Assembly (NCBI GenBank): GCA_009785095.1 | Contig: WQXA01000001.1 | Coordinates: 3,244-67,243, forward strand | Source: Candidatus Saccharimonadota bacterium | GTDB lineage: Bacteria; Patescibacteriota; Saccharimonadia; Saccharimonadales; Saccharimonadaceae | Length of the DNA stretch: 64,000 nt | Direction: 5' to 3' | Part shown: positions 46,268 through 55,880 of the stretch, in pieces | How positions within the stretch are numbered: the first letter of the stretch is position 1 | Layout of the letters: each line of letters opens with the position of its first letter | The notes under the pieces: model-generated | Database searches by the model: none | What the model saw: only the letters and a program-made list of their open reading frames with translations | What the model was told of the DNA's origin: nothing | Made by a program: the position numbers and the translations under genes

Positions 46268-49200
46268 TCATATCTTCGTCACATCGATCGGTTCTAGGCC
46301 GGTAATGTCGTTTTTGGAGCTCAAAATAGCCGTGATGGCTCTGACCGTGTCGAGCGACGTGAAGCACGGGATGCCTTTCTCGACGGCCTTTCGCCGGATT
46401 TTGAATCCATCCATGAGGGACTTTTTGCCTTTGGTCGGCGTGTTGATGATAAAATCGATTTTCTGGTCATTGATCAAATCGAAAATGTTGGGTTTTTCTT
46501 CAAAAATTTTCGAAACTTTTTTGACTTTGATCTTGTATTTACCGAGGAAATTTGCAGTATTTTCGGTGGCGAAAATTTTATAGCCCAATTTTACGAAATC
46601 TTTGACGATGGGCACGATCTCGATTTTGTCGCTGTCTTTGACCGAGACGAGGATGTTTTTGGTATTACCAATTTTGATACCCGAGGCCAGCATACCTTTG
46701 AACAAGGCCTCCTCGAAAGTTTTGGCTAGCCCCAAAACTTCGCCGGTCGATTTCATTTCCGGATCGAGGCTAGTATCGACGTTGTATAATTTTTCGAAAG
46801 AAAAAACCGGGACTTTGATGGCTGTGTATTTACTTTTCTTGTACAAGCCCGACCCGTAACCCAATTTCACGAGCGGCTCACCCATAATGCAGCGAATGGC
46901 GAGGTCGATCATCGGCACGCCGGTGACTTTACTGATGTAAGGAATCGTCCGGCTGGAGCGCGGGTTGACTTCGATGACATACATTTCGTCATTGTGCAAG
47001 ATAAACTGGATGTTCATCAGGCCGACAGTGTTCAGTTCCTGGGCGATTCTTTTCGTGTAGTCGAGGATGATCTTTTTGTGACGGTCGCTGATCGACGGGC
47101 TGGGGTAAACCGAAATGCTGTCGCCGGAGTGGACACCAGCCCGCTCGACATGTTGCATGATTCCCGGGATCAGCACGCTTCGGCCGTCACAGATAGCATC
47201 GATTTCTAGCTCTAGCCCGGTCAAATATTTGTCGATCAGAATCGGGTGTTCCTGTTTGACCAAGTTTATGATATCCATAAATTCCCCGACGTCTCGATCG
47301 CTGTAGGCGATTTTCATGCCTTGCCCGCCGAGGACGTAGGATGGGCGAATCAGCACCGGATAACCTAGTTCGCCCGCCACCGCGATGGCTTCTTCATAAG
47401 TAAAGACGGTTTTACCAATCGGTCGACGGACGTTGATATTTTCTAAGGCCTCGTCGAATTTTTCGCGGTCTTCGGCGCGGTCGATGTCGGCCGGTTTGGT
47501 GCCAAGAACTTTGACACCGATACTGTTCAGATAATCCGTCATTTTGATGGCGGTTTGGCCGCCGAATTGAACGATGACGCCAAAGGGTTTTTCGCGGTCG
47601 ATGATACTTTTTAAATTCTCGGTCGTGATCGGTTCGAAATATAGCTTGTCGGCGGTGTCAAAATCGGTGCTAACTGTCTCGGGGTTGTTGTTGATAATTA
47701 TCGTTTCGAACCCGAGATTTTTTAACGACCAAACGGCGTGGACGCTGCAGTAATCGAACTCGATGCCTTGGCCGATGCGGATTGGGCCGGAACCGATGAC
47801 GATGACTTTTTGCCGGCGGCCGTTTTTGACTTTTTCGCCTTTGTCGGCGTAGTCGGAATAATAGTACAGGCTATCGCTGTTTTCTTTGCAGGCCCAAATA
47901 TTGACGGTGTGGAAGGAAGGAACGATTTTGAATTTTTCCCTTAAACTTTTGATTTCTTGCTCGGTCTTGTTCGAAAGTGTGGCGATGGTTTTGTCCAGAA
48001 AACCCAAGGCCTTGGCGGATTTTAGAATATTCTCGGAAAGCCCGCCCAGTTTGTCATCGCGAGGCGATTTATCGCCGTGGCGATCCATGGACTGCTTCGC
48101 CGCGCTCGCAGTGACGGATTGTGTTTTAGTCAATTTCTGTTCCATCTTTATAACATTTTGAATTTTCTTAAGGAAGAAGGGATCGATTTTCGTGATGTCA
48201 TAAATTTTGTCTATAGGGGTACCGCGGCGCATGGCCTCGCAAACAACGAAGAATCTCTCATCGTCGATCGCCGTTAATTTTTCGCTGATCTGTTTGTCGT
48301 CTAATAACTGCAATTTGGGCATGATAAAGCTATCCAGCCTGAGTTCCAGAGAATATACGGCCTTCATCAGTGCCGCCTCGAGGCTATGCGCGATCGACAT
48401 AACTTCGCCGGTGGCTTTCATTTGAGTGCCCAAACTTCTTTTAGCTTTGACGAATTTGTCGAACGGCCAGCGCGGGAATTTGATGACAATGTAATCGACC
48501 GGCGGCTCGAAACCCTTTAAAGTTTTCCCAGTGACCTCGTTCTTAATTTCGTCCAGAGTATAACCGATGGCAATTTTGGTGGCGACGCGGGCGATTGGAT
48601 AACCGGTAGCTTTTGAGGCTAACGCGCTGGAGCGGCTGAGTCGTGGGTTGACCTCGATCAGGGCATATTGGCCGTCGGCTGGGTTGACGGCGAATTGCAG
48701 GTTACAACCACCCTCGATACCTAGCTCGTCCAATATCGCGAACGAGGCTTGTCGATAAATTTCCAAATCTTTCTTTGATAACGTTTGAGCCGGTGCAACG
48801 ACGATGCTGTCGCCGGTGTGAACGCCGACCGGGTCGATGTTTTCCATGCTGCAAACCAACACTTTGTTGCCGGCCGAGTCTCGGATAGCTTCGAATTCGA
48901 TTTCTTTCCAACCCGCAACACTTTTCTCGATCAGGATTTGACCGACGCGGGACAATCCTAAGCCCACACGGCCGATTTCGTCCAATTCCTCTTCGTTTTT
49001 AACGATGCCGCCACCGGCGCCGCCCAGGGTGTAGGCCGGTCGGACGACCACCGGAAAACCGATCTTCCTGGCATAAGAAATCGCATCTTTGATGTTCTCG
49101 ACAACCTTGCTTTCGATACAGGGTTGGCCGATACTCTCCATGGTTTGTTTAAAAATAAGCCGATCTTCGGCTTTTTCGATTGCTGCGGGCGTAGTGCCCA

Positions 49201-49546
49201 ACAATTTAACATTGTATTTCTCTAGGAATTTCTGCTCGTGAAGTTCCATCGCCAGATTCAGGGCAGTTTGACCGCCCAGAGTCGGCAGAATCGAATCGGG
49301 CTTTTCGATTTCGATGATTTTCTTTAGCATATCAACGGTCAGCGGCTCGATGTAGACTTTGTCGGCCATGTTTTTGTCGGTCATGATGGTCGCCGGGTTG
49401 GAATTAACCAAAACAACCTCGAGACCCTCGCTTTTTAAGGTTTTGCAGGCCTGAGTACCGGCGTAATCGAACTCGGCGGCCTGACCGATGACAATCGGAC
49501 CCGACCCGATTACTAGGACTTTCTTAATTTCCCTCTTTAATGGCAT
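46268..49546 (-). CDS. carB: carbamoyl-phosphate synthase large subunit
   Basis: Duplicated ATP-grasp halves (VLVIGSGPIVIGQAAEFDYAG / VIVIGSGPIRIGQGIEFDY) and an MGS-like C-terminus. No carA is adjacent in this window. Confidence 0.95.
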   Translation of the reverse strand: MPLKREIKKVLVIGSGPIVIGQAAEFDYAGTQACKTLKSEGLEVVLVNSNPATIMTDKNMADKVYIEPLTVDMLKKIIEIEKPDSILPTLGGQTALNLAMELHEQKFLEKYNVKLLGTTPAAIEKAEDRLIFKQTMESIGQPCIESKVVENIKDAISYARKIGFPVVVRPAYTLGGAGGGIVKNEEELDEIGRVGLGLSRVGQILIEKSVAGWKEIEFEAIRDSAGNKVLVCSMENIDPVGVHTGDSIVVAPAQTLSKKDLEIYRQASFAILDELGIEGGCNLQFAVNPADGQYALIEVNPRLSRSSALASKATGYPIARVATKIAIGYTLDEIKNEVTGKTLKGFEPPVDYIVIKFPRWPFDKFVKAKRSLGTQMKATGEVMSIAHSLEAALMKAVYSLELRLDSFIMPKLQLLDDKQISEKLTAIDDERFFVVCEAMRRGTPIDKIYDITKIDPFFLKKIQNVIKMEQKLTKTQSVTASAAKQSMDRHGDKSPRDDKLGGLSENILKSAKALGFLDKTIATLSNKTEQEIKSLREKFKIVPSFHTVNIWACKENSDSLYYYSDYADKGEKVKNGRRQKVIVIGSGPIRIGQGIEFDYCSVHAVWSLKNLGFETIIINNNPETVSTDFDTADKLYFEPITTENLKSIIDREKPFGVIVQFGGQTAIKMTDYLNSIGVKVLGTKPADIDRAEDREKFDEALENINVRRPIGKTVFTYEEAIAVAGELGYPVLIRPSYVLGGQGMKIAYSDRDVGEFMDIINLVKQEHPILIDKYLTGLELEIDAICDGRSVLIPGIMQHVERAGVHSGDSISVYPSPSISDRHKKIILDYTKRIAQELNTVGLMNIQFILHNDEMYVIEVNPRSSRTIPYISKVTGVPMIDLAIRCIMGEPLVKLGYGSGLYKKSKYTAIKVPVFSFEKLYNVDTSLDPEMKSTGEVLGLAKTFEEALFKGMLASGIKIGNTKNILVSVKDSDKIEIVPIVKDFVKLGYKIFATENTANFLGKYKIKVKKVSKIFEEKPNIFDLINDQKIDFIINTPTKGKKSLMDGFKIRRKAVEKGIPCFTSLDTVRAITAILSSKNDITGLEPIDVTKI

Positions 49547-49612
49547 ACTCCCTCCTTCGAAGCTCCTTTAAAACTACTAAACATTGTACACTAAAATGTC
49601 AAAAAGTTAATC

Positions 49613-49641
49613 TTGACTTTTTGTGCGCGTTGTGATAAAGT
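49613..49641 (+). promoter_or_regulatory. promoter TTGACT-17-TAAAGT, 9 nt upstream of ATG 49651 (leaderless-type)
   Basis: Read directly. Confidence 0.5.
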
Positions 49642-49650
49642 GTTAGCATT

Positions 49651-50624
49651 ATGAATACATCACCAAAGGATCCTACACAAAAACCACTAAAAGAGCACGA
49701 GCGGTTGTTAGCAGTTCCAGGAGGAACAAAGAGACTGACAAGTGGCTTAATTGTGCCACGGGGGGGGGGGCAGCGGCGCTAGAAGCTTTAGCTGTCGACA
49801 GACCCGATGAACCGACTTCCGAACAAGCCAATGAAGCTTGGCAAACTTGGCGCGAAAGATCGGAATATACCGCATTCAAAGACATTTTTGACGCCCTAGA
49901 AGGGCAACTTGAAAATTATGAAGTAGCCGGAAAATTGTTCAAACTCGATCTCTCTGTCTATGACGAAACTGCTGCCCGCACCGCTCTCAACGATGCCCTG
50001 AATCATATCACTATTACGCAGCTTAGATCTATGCGTGAAGCTGGTATGGATAGCGAACACCCATACGCTCTCATTGCCAATTTTGTGCCGACCAAGAAAT
50101 TTAGCCATTCTGAGCTAGAGACAGCGAATGCTAAGTTAAATCCTGATGATCACTTTGAAGCTCTCGACTATCGTGATCAGTATACTGAGGATCAACTAAA
50201 TGGTGATTACAGAACCAAATCAGGCCAAGAAGGCTTTGTGGTTGAGTTCATCCCAGTTGAGCCCAATATTAATGCCGCTAAACAGAAGGATCAGATCGAT
50301 CAACTTGATAGACTTAATAGTATTGAGGGCGCTAACTGGAGTGTGCCTGGCGACGCGTCTAGCATGATCTATCAACAGGTTCTGGCGGATAAAGGCTTGC
50401 TGACTGGCGATGACAATCCTAGTAAAACGTCTATTGTCAGATTAGATTTAGAGTCGAAGGCAGGGGATCCTGACAGTTACAGAAACCTAGCGTGGGATGA
50501 GCTAGTAGATATGTTTCGTCCGATTACGTACCGCGTTGACTACGGCAGGGCGTTCTTGGTCGGGGCGGGCGTCGACGTCGACAAGGACGTTTCGCGTGTC
50601 GCGATAAAGCCAAAATTTGATTAA
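49651..50624 (+). pseudogene. hypothetical protein (orphan) frameshifted at a G11 tract (phase-OFF or sequencing error)
   Basis: ATG 49651 reads MNTSPKDP...IVPRGGGQRR*, stopping 3 codons after the tract. The frame that ends at 50624 is open from 49647 through the tract, but has no ATG or GTG before TTG 49935. G9 or G12 fuses the two frames into a ~324-aa ORF. Confidence 0.7.
49760..49770. repeat. homopolymer tract G11
   Basis: Counted directly. Confidence 0.95.
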
Positions 50625-50668
50625 CTTCATGACTTTCTTTTCCCCTCAAACTCCTGTAAAATAGAACC

Positions 50669-52360
50669 ATGGACGAGATGGTAAAAACTGTCACGGAGGT
50701 TGTTCGAGGGCTGTTCGATATCGACGCAGAGGTGGTTCTGACGCGACCCGAGCCGAAATTTGGTGACTACGCGACCAATGTGGCGCTGGCTTTGGCCGGG
50801 CAACTCGGCAAAAATCCGCGCGAGATTGCTGAGCAAATCGCGGCCAGGCTGCGCGAAACAAACGAGTTTGAATCTGTCGAAGTCGCCGGCGCGGGTTTTA
50901 TCAACATGCGATTATCTAACGCCTATTTGGTGCGCGAATTGGACAAAATGCTAGAGGCGCCGGACACTTACGGCCGGCCAAATGCCTACCATGATAAGAC
51001 TGTGGTCACTGAATATTCTGACCCCAACCCGTTCAAAGTGTTGCATGTCGGTCATCTCTACACCAGCATTGTCGGTGACGCGATTTCTAACCTCATCGAA
51101 ACCGCCGGTGGGGAAGTGCACCGCGTCAATTTTGGCGGCGACGTGGGACTGCACGTTGCCAAAACGATGTGGGCGATTATCGAGGCGCTGGGCGGCGAAA
51201 ACCCCAAAAAACTAGCAGAAATCCCCACGGATCAACATGCTAAATGGTTGGGCGAGTGCTACGTGGCCGGAACGCGTGCCTACGAAGACGACCCAACAGC
51301 CAAAACGGCAATCGTCGAAAACAACAGAAAAATCTACGCGCTTTTTAAAAATGGCGACACCGAGTCACCGTTTGCGCAGATTTACTGGACTTGTCGGCAG
51401 TGGAGCTATGATTACTTTAATGATTTCTATGACAGAATTGGCAGCAAATTCGAAAAATATTATCCAGAAAGCGAAACAGCCGAAGTCGGCCTAGCGACCG
51501 TTTTGGAACAGCGCGACAAAGGCGTCTACCAGGACAGCAACGGCGCGGTGATATTCGACGGCGAACCGTATGGTTTGCACGCGCGCGTTTTTATAAATTC
51601 TGAGGGATTGCCGACCTACGAAGCCAAGGACGTCGGCCTAGCGATGCTCAAATGGCAGGATTATCATTTTGACAAATCGGTGATTATTACCGGTAACGAA
51701 CAGATGGATTACATGAAAGTCGTCATCAAAAGCATCGAGCAATTCGCGCCGAATCTGGCGGAGAATACTTTGCATTTGACGCACGGCCTAGTTAAATTGG
51801 CCGGTGCGGAAAAGATGAGCAGCCGAAAAGGTAATTTCCTGCGGGCAGTCGACGTGCTTGATCTGGTGGCCGACGAATATAAGAAAGCACAAGGCCAGGC
51901 CGACGATGCGGCAGTGCTTGGTGCCATCAAATATGCTTTTCTCAAAAACCGACTAGGTGCTGATCTAGTTTTTGAACCGCACGAATCGATCAATATGACT
52001 GGTAACAGCGGATCGTATTTGCAATATTCGCACGCTCGGGCGCGGTCGATCCTTAGGAAAACCGACTTTGCAAGCTCCGTCCTTGCAAAGGATGTTGATT
52101 TTGACGAATATGAGCGCTCGCTGGTAGTGAAGTTGACCGAATGGCCAGAAGTTTTGACGGCGGCGGTGAACGAGCTAGCGCCACACGTGGTTTGTACCTA
52201 CTTATATGAGTTAGCACAAAATTTTAATCGTTTTTACGAAAACTCGCGTGTCGAGGGCGATCCGCGGGCGGCCATCCGAACGCGCCTAGTGGCGGCTTAT
52301 GCCGATATTCTACGGGGCGGCCTGGCGATTCTAGGCATCACCGCTCCGGATAAAATGTAG
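50669..52360 (+). CDS. argS: arginine--tRNA ligase
   Basis: NPFKVLHVGHL (HIGH), MSSRKG (KMSK variant), C-terminal DALR-type anticodon-binding domain ending in ...M. Confidence 0.93.
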   Translation: MDEMVKTVTEVVRGLFDIDAEVVLTRPEPKFGDYATNVALALAGQLGKNPREIAEQIAARLRETNEFESVEVAGAGFINMRLSNAYLVRELDKMLEAPDTYGRPNAYHDKTVVTEYSDPNPFKVLHVGHLYTSIVGDAISNLIETAGGEVHRVNFGGDVGLHVAKTMWAIIEALGGENPKKLAEIPTDQHAKWLGECYVAGTRAYEDDPTAKTAIVENNRKIYALFKNGDTESPFAQIYWTCRQWSYDYFNDFYDRIGSKFEKYYPESETAEVGLATVLEQRDKGVYQDSNGAVIFDGEPYGLHARVFINSEGLPTYEAKDVGLAMLKWQDYHFDKSVIITGNEQMDYMKVVIKSIEQFAPNLAENTLHLTHGLVKLAGAEKMSSRKGNFLRAVDVLDLVADEYKKAQGQADDAAVLGAIKYAFLKNRLGADLVFEPHESINMTGNSGSYLQYSHARARSILRKTDFASSVLAKDVDFDEYERSLVVKLTEWPEVLTAAVNELAPHVVCTYLYELAQNFNRFYENSRVEGDPRAAIRTRLVAAYADILRGGLAILGITAPDKM

Positions 52361-52376
52361 TTATTTTATAACGCTA

Positions 52377-52405
52377 TTGACTTTTTAACAAATCTGTGTT
52401 ACAAT
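52377..52405 (+). promoter_or_regulatory. consensus promoter TTGACT-17-TACAAT
   Basis: Read directly. Followed by RBS GGAGTG and ATG 52425. Confidence 0.55.
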
Positions 52406-52424
52406 GGTAATATGGAGTGATATT

Positions 52425-52751
52425 ATGAGCGAGATTCTAAAGAAATATCACGAACCTGGCGCCGCTGGCTGGACGCCGGACTCAAAATTAACAGACGAAA
52501 TCAACGAAATTTTAGCCGGGCGACGCCGTTTTGTGGCCGACGTGAGTGGCGAATTCGCAACGCGTATGGCGTTTGCCCAGGAGCCAACTGAGGCAGAAGC
52601 ACCATTGAATGTTCTTCTTGATGCTATTACTCCGGTGGCTGTGTTGCCCATAGCATCCGCAAATCCAGGAATAGCGGCCATAATGGCATTGGATACAATA
52701 GAAAATCCGCCACACGACGAAAACAGGGACGATTGGGCATTGGCTGCCTAA
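52425..52751 (+). CDS. hypothetical small protein
   Basis: ORF with its own promoter and RBS. No recognisable motif. Confidence 0.45.
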   Translation: MSEILKKYHEPGAAGWTPDSKLTDEINEILAGRRRFVADVSGEFATRMAFAQEPTEAEAPLNVLLDAITPVAVLPIASANPGIAAIMALDTIENPPHDENRDDWALAA

Positions 52752-52892
52752 TCCCCTTGCAGGGACGGTTCCTGCAAGACGCAGTTACATTCGACACAGT
52801 CTTTGTTGTATAGACGGCTTCGCCGCATACAACATTTCGTCGCCTCGGAAAAGAAAATGAGTTTTCTTTTCACTCGCCTCCTCGTGTTGTAA

Positions 52893-52941
52893 AAACTACA
52901 TATAGCGTTCTTAAACCAACGTGATATACTAGATGTAGTGT
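52893..52941 (+). promoter_or_regulatory. pair of putative NrdR boxes upstream of nrdJ
   Basis: AAACTACATATAGCGT (52893..52908) and ATACTAGATGTAGTGT (52926..52941). Each matches the remembered consensus acaCwAtATaTwGtgt at about 13/16 positions. The starts are 33 bp apart. Box 2 overlaps a TATACT -10-like hexamer. Confidence 0.45.
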
Positions 52942-52986
52942 TTGGGCAGCACTGAAATAAAGAAAAGAATTTAAGGGGAGGTAATC

Positions 52987-55875
52987 ATGGCTCAAAGGGG
53001 TAAGGTTTTAGGTGCGCGGCAGCGACCGAATAGCAACAAACTGAGGGTTGAATATAATTTTTCGACGGCGCAAAAGGATCCCTACGCAGAGGTCAAATGG
53101 GAAAAACGCGACGTTACCATGACCAATTGGCGCGACGGCAGTGTCTCGTTTGAGCAGAAGGGCGTCGAATTCCCGGACTTTTGGTCGCTAAATGCCACGC
53201 AAATCGTGACTAGCAAATATTTTCGCGGCCGAATCGGCACGCCGGCGCGCGAGAGCTCCCTTAAACAGCTGATCGATCGAGTGGTTAACAAATATGCTGC
53301 CCAAGGTAAAAAAGACGGCTATTTCGCTAGCGCCAAGGACGCCGAAGCCTTTGCTAGCGAGCTCAAATGGATGCTGCTGCATCAGGTTTTTTCCTTTAAT
53401 TCGCCGGTTTGGTTCAATGTCGGCACCGACGCGCCGCAACAGGTCAGCGCCTGTTTCATTCTCGGCGTCGAGGACAATATGGAGGCGATTCTCAATTGGT
53501 ACACCGAAGAGGGTAAGATTTTCAAGCGCGGCAGCGGTTCCGGCGTCAACCTCAGCCGGATTCGTGGTTCGCGCGAAGGATTAAGCACCGGCGGGCGAGC
53601 GAGCGGGCCGGTATCGTTCATGCGCGGCGCCGACGCTAGTGCGGGAACAATCGCCAGTGGTGGCGCAACTCGGCGCGCCGCCAAAATGGTGGTGCTCGAT
53701 GTCGACCACCCGGACGTCGAGGCCTTTATCGAGACCAAAGAGCGCGAGGAGGAGAAAATCCGGGCGCTCCGGGACGCTGGTTTTGACATGGATCTCGACG
53801 GGCGGGATATTTATTCTGTCCAGTACCAGAACGCCAACAACTCGGTGCGAGTGAGCGATGAATTTATGCGGGCGGTCGAGGCGGGAGCGCCGTTCGGTCT
53901 CAGGGCGCGCAAGGACGGCAGCATCGTCGAAACGGTCGACGCGCGCGAATTGTTTGGCAAAATGTCGCAGGCGGCCTGGGCGTGCGCCGACCCCGGGATT
54001 CAATACGACGGCGTGATTAATGCCTGGCACACCATTCCGAACGACGGCAAGATCACCGCCAGCAATCCTTGTTCTGAGTACATGTCGATCGACAACAGCT
54101 CGTGCAATTTGGCGTCGATCAACCTCTTGAAATTTCTAGACGAAGACGGTCAATTCGACGTCGACAAATTTATCGCGGCCGTCGAAGTAATTTTCACGGC
54201 CATGGATTTGTCGATCACTTTTGGCGATTTTCCGACCGATCGGATAACCGCCAACACGCGCAAATTCCGTCAATTAGGACTCGGCTACGCCAACCTCGGC
54301 GCGCTGCTCATGGCGATTGGTTTGCCGTACGATTCACCGGAGGGACAGGACGTAGCAGCCGCCATCACTAGCTTGATGACGGCGGCAGCCTATCGCCGCT
54401 CAGCCGAAATCGCGGCCGCGGTCGGCTCATACGAAGGCTACGCCAAAAACGCGGCGCCGCACACGGCGGTGATGCGAAAACACGCCGCCGTCTCGATGGC
54501 TAAAACTGACGATATCGTTGACCAAGATCTCCACACCAACGCCGAGGACATCATTTTCGCGGCCAATCGTGAGTGGGAGGACGGGATTAAATTGGGCGCG
54601 GAGCACGGGTGGCGCAACTCGCAGGCCTCGCTCCTGGCACCGACGGGCACGATTGGCTTTATGATGGACTGCGACACGACGGGGATCGAGCCGGACTTTT
54701 CCTTAGTCAAGTTCAAGAAATTAGTCGGCGGCGGTTCCATGCAAATTGTCAACCAAACCATCCCACGAGCTCTCGAAACTTTGGGCTACAAAGCCGACCA
54801 AGCCCAAAAAATTATCGAATATATCGCGGGAAACGGCAACGTAATTGGTGCGCCGGAACTGAAAATCGAGGATTACGCGGTGTTCGATTGCGCGGTCGGC
54901 GAGCGAGCGATCGAACCGATGGGACACATTCGCATGATGGCGGCGGTGCAGCCTTTCCTGTCCGGCGCGATTTCTAAAACCGTCAACATGCCAGAATCAG
55001 CCACCATCGAAGAAGTCCAAGAAATCTACCTGGAAGGCTGGAAAATGGGACTCAAAGCCATCGCCATTTATCGCGACAATTGCAAAGTCGGCCAACCGCT
55101 GTCCGATGGCAAGAAAAAAGAAACCGCGGGCAAAACTCCGACCGAGGCGGAAACTCCAATCGAGGAGCGCCACGCCGTGCGCCGCAAATTGCCCGACGTG
55201 CGACCGGCGCAAACCTACAAATTCGAGGTGGCGGGCGCCGAGGGTTATCTGATCGCTGGTTCGTATCCCGATAACGGCGTCGGTGAGATTTTTGTCAACG
55301 TTAGCAAACAAGGTTCGACTTTGGCGGGGCTGATGGATGCTTTTTCGGTGGCGATTTCGATTGGTTTGCAATACGGCGTACCTCTCGAAACTTATGTCAA
55401 GAAATACATCAACACGCGCTTTGACCCGGCCGGCATGACCAACGATCCTGATATTCGATTTGCCCAAAGTCCGATCGATTACATCTTCCGTCGTCTCGCG
55501 TTGGATTACTTGCCATTCGACACGCGCGCCAGTTACGGCATCTACACGACCGAAGAGCGTGTGCGGGCGATCGAGACGGGCGAGTACGCGCCGGCGCCAC
55601 TGGAATCTGATAAGAACTTGACCGACAGCTCCGGCAGCGACGAAGACGGCGTCGGAAAACTAGAGATGAAAGTCGACGACGCGCCGGAGCGCCTAGAAAA
55701 AGTCGGCGACCCGATCGAGGTAAAAATCGGCGAAGCGCCGCCACGTTCCACGGCCGAACTAGCCAATGTCGGCGAGAGCGACGCGCCGATTTGCATGAAT
55801 TGCGGCGTCAAAATGCGCCCAGCCGGCTCATGTCACATCTGTGAGTTGTGCGGCTCGACGAGCGGCTGTAGTTAA
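52987..55875 (+). CDS. nrdJ: class II (adenosylcobalamin-dependent) ribonucleotide reductase
   Basis: Single large chain with the SNPCSEY active-site loop and a C-terminal CxxC...CxxC tail (CMNCG...CHICELCG). No nrdB/nrdF partner is adjacent. Confidence 0.85.
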   Translation: MAQRGKVLGARQRPNSNKLRVEYNFSTAQKDPYAEVKWEKRDVTMTNWRDGSVSFEQKGVEFPDFWSLNATQIVTSKYFRGRIGTPARESSLKQLIDRVVNKYAAQGKKDGYFASAKDAEAFASELKWMLLHQVFSFNSPVWFNVGTDAPQQVSACFILGVEDNMEAILNWYTEEGKIFKRGSGSGVNLSRIRGSREGLSTGGRASGPVSFMRGADASAGTIASGGATRRAAKMVVLDVDHPDVEAFIETKEREEEKIRALRDAGFDMDLDGRDIYSVQYQNANNSVRVSDEFMRAVEAGAPFGLRARKDGSIVETVDARELFGKMSQAAWACADPGIQYDGVINAWHTIPNDGKITASNPCSEYMSIDNSSCNLASINLLKFLDEDGQFDVDKFIAAVEVIFTAMDLSITFGDFPTDRITANTRKFRQLGLGYANLGALLMAIGLPYDSPEGQDVAAAITSLMTAAAYRRSAEIAAAVGSYEGYAKNAAPHTAVMRKHAAVSMAKTDDIVDQDLHTNAEDIIFAANREWEDGIKLGAEHGWRNSQASLLAPTGTIGFMMDCDTTGIEPDFSLVKFKKLVGGGSMQIVNQTIPRALETLGYKADQAQKIIEYIAGNGNVIGAPELKIEDYAVFDCAVGERAIEPMGHIRMMAAVQPFLSGAISKTVNMPESATIEEVQEIYLEGWKMGLKAIAIYRDNCKVGQPLSDGKKKETAGKTPTEAETPIEERHAVRRKLPDVRPAQTYKFEVAGAEGYLIAGSYPDNGVGEIFVNVSKQGSTLAGLMDAFSVAISIGLQYGVPLETYVKKYINTRFDPAGMTNDPDIRFAQSPIDYIFRRLALDYLPFDTRASYGIYTTEERVRAIETGEYAPAPLESDKNLTDSSGSDEDGVGKLEMKVDDAPERLEKVGDPIEVKIGEAPPRSTAELANVGESDAPICMNCGVKMRPAGSCHICELCGSTSGCS

Positions 55876-55880
55876 AGTTT

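Noticed and set aside
52752-52986. Possible cobalamin riboswitch in the 235-nt leader of nrdJ, which contains three strong hairpins including GAAAAGAAAA-tgag-TTTTCTTTTC.
   Set aside because: I could not find a B12-box-like motif. The NrdR-box pair is the better-supported regulatory explanation. The hairpins may be terminators or attenuators for the upstream gene.
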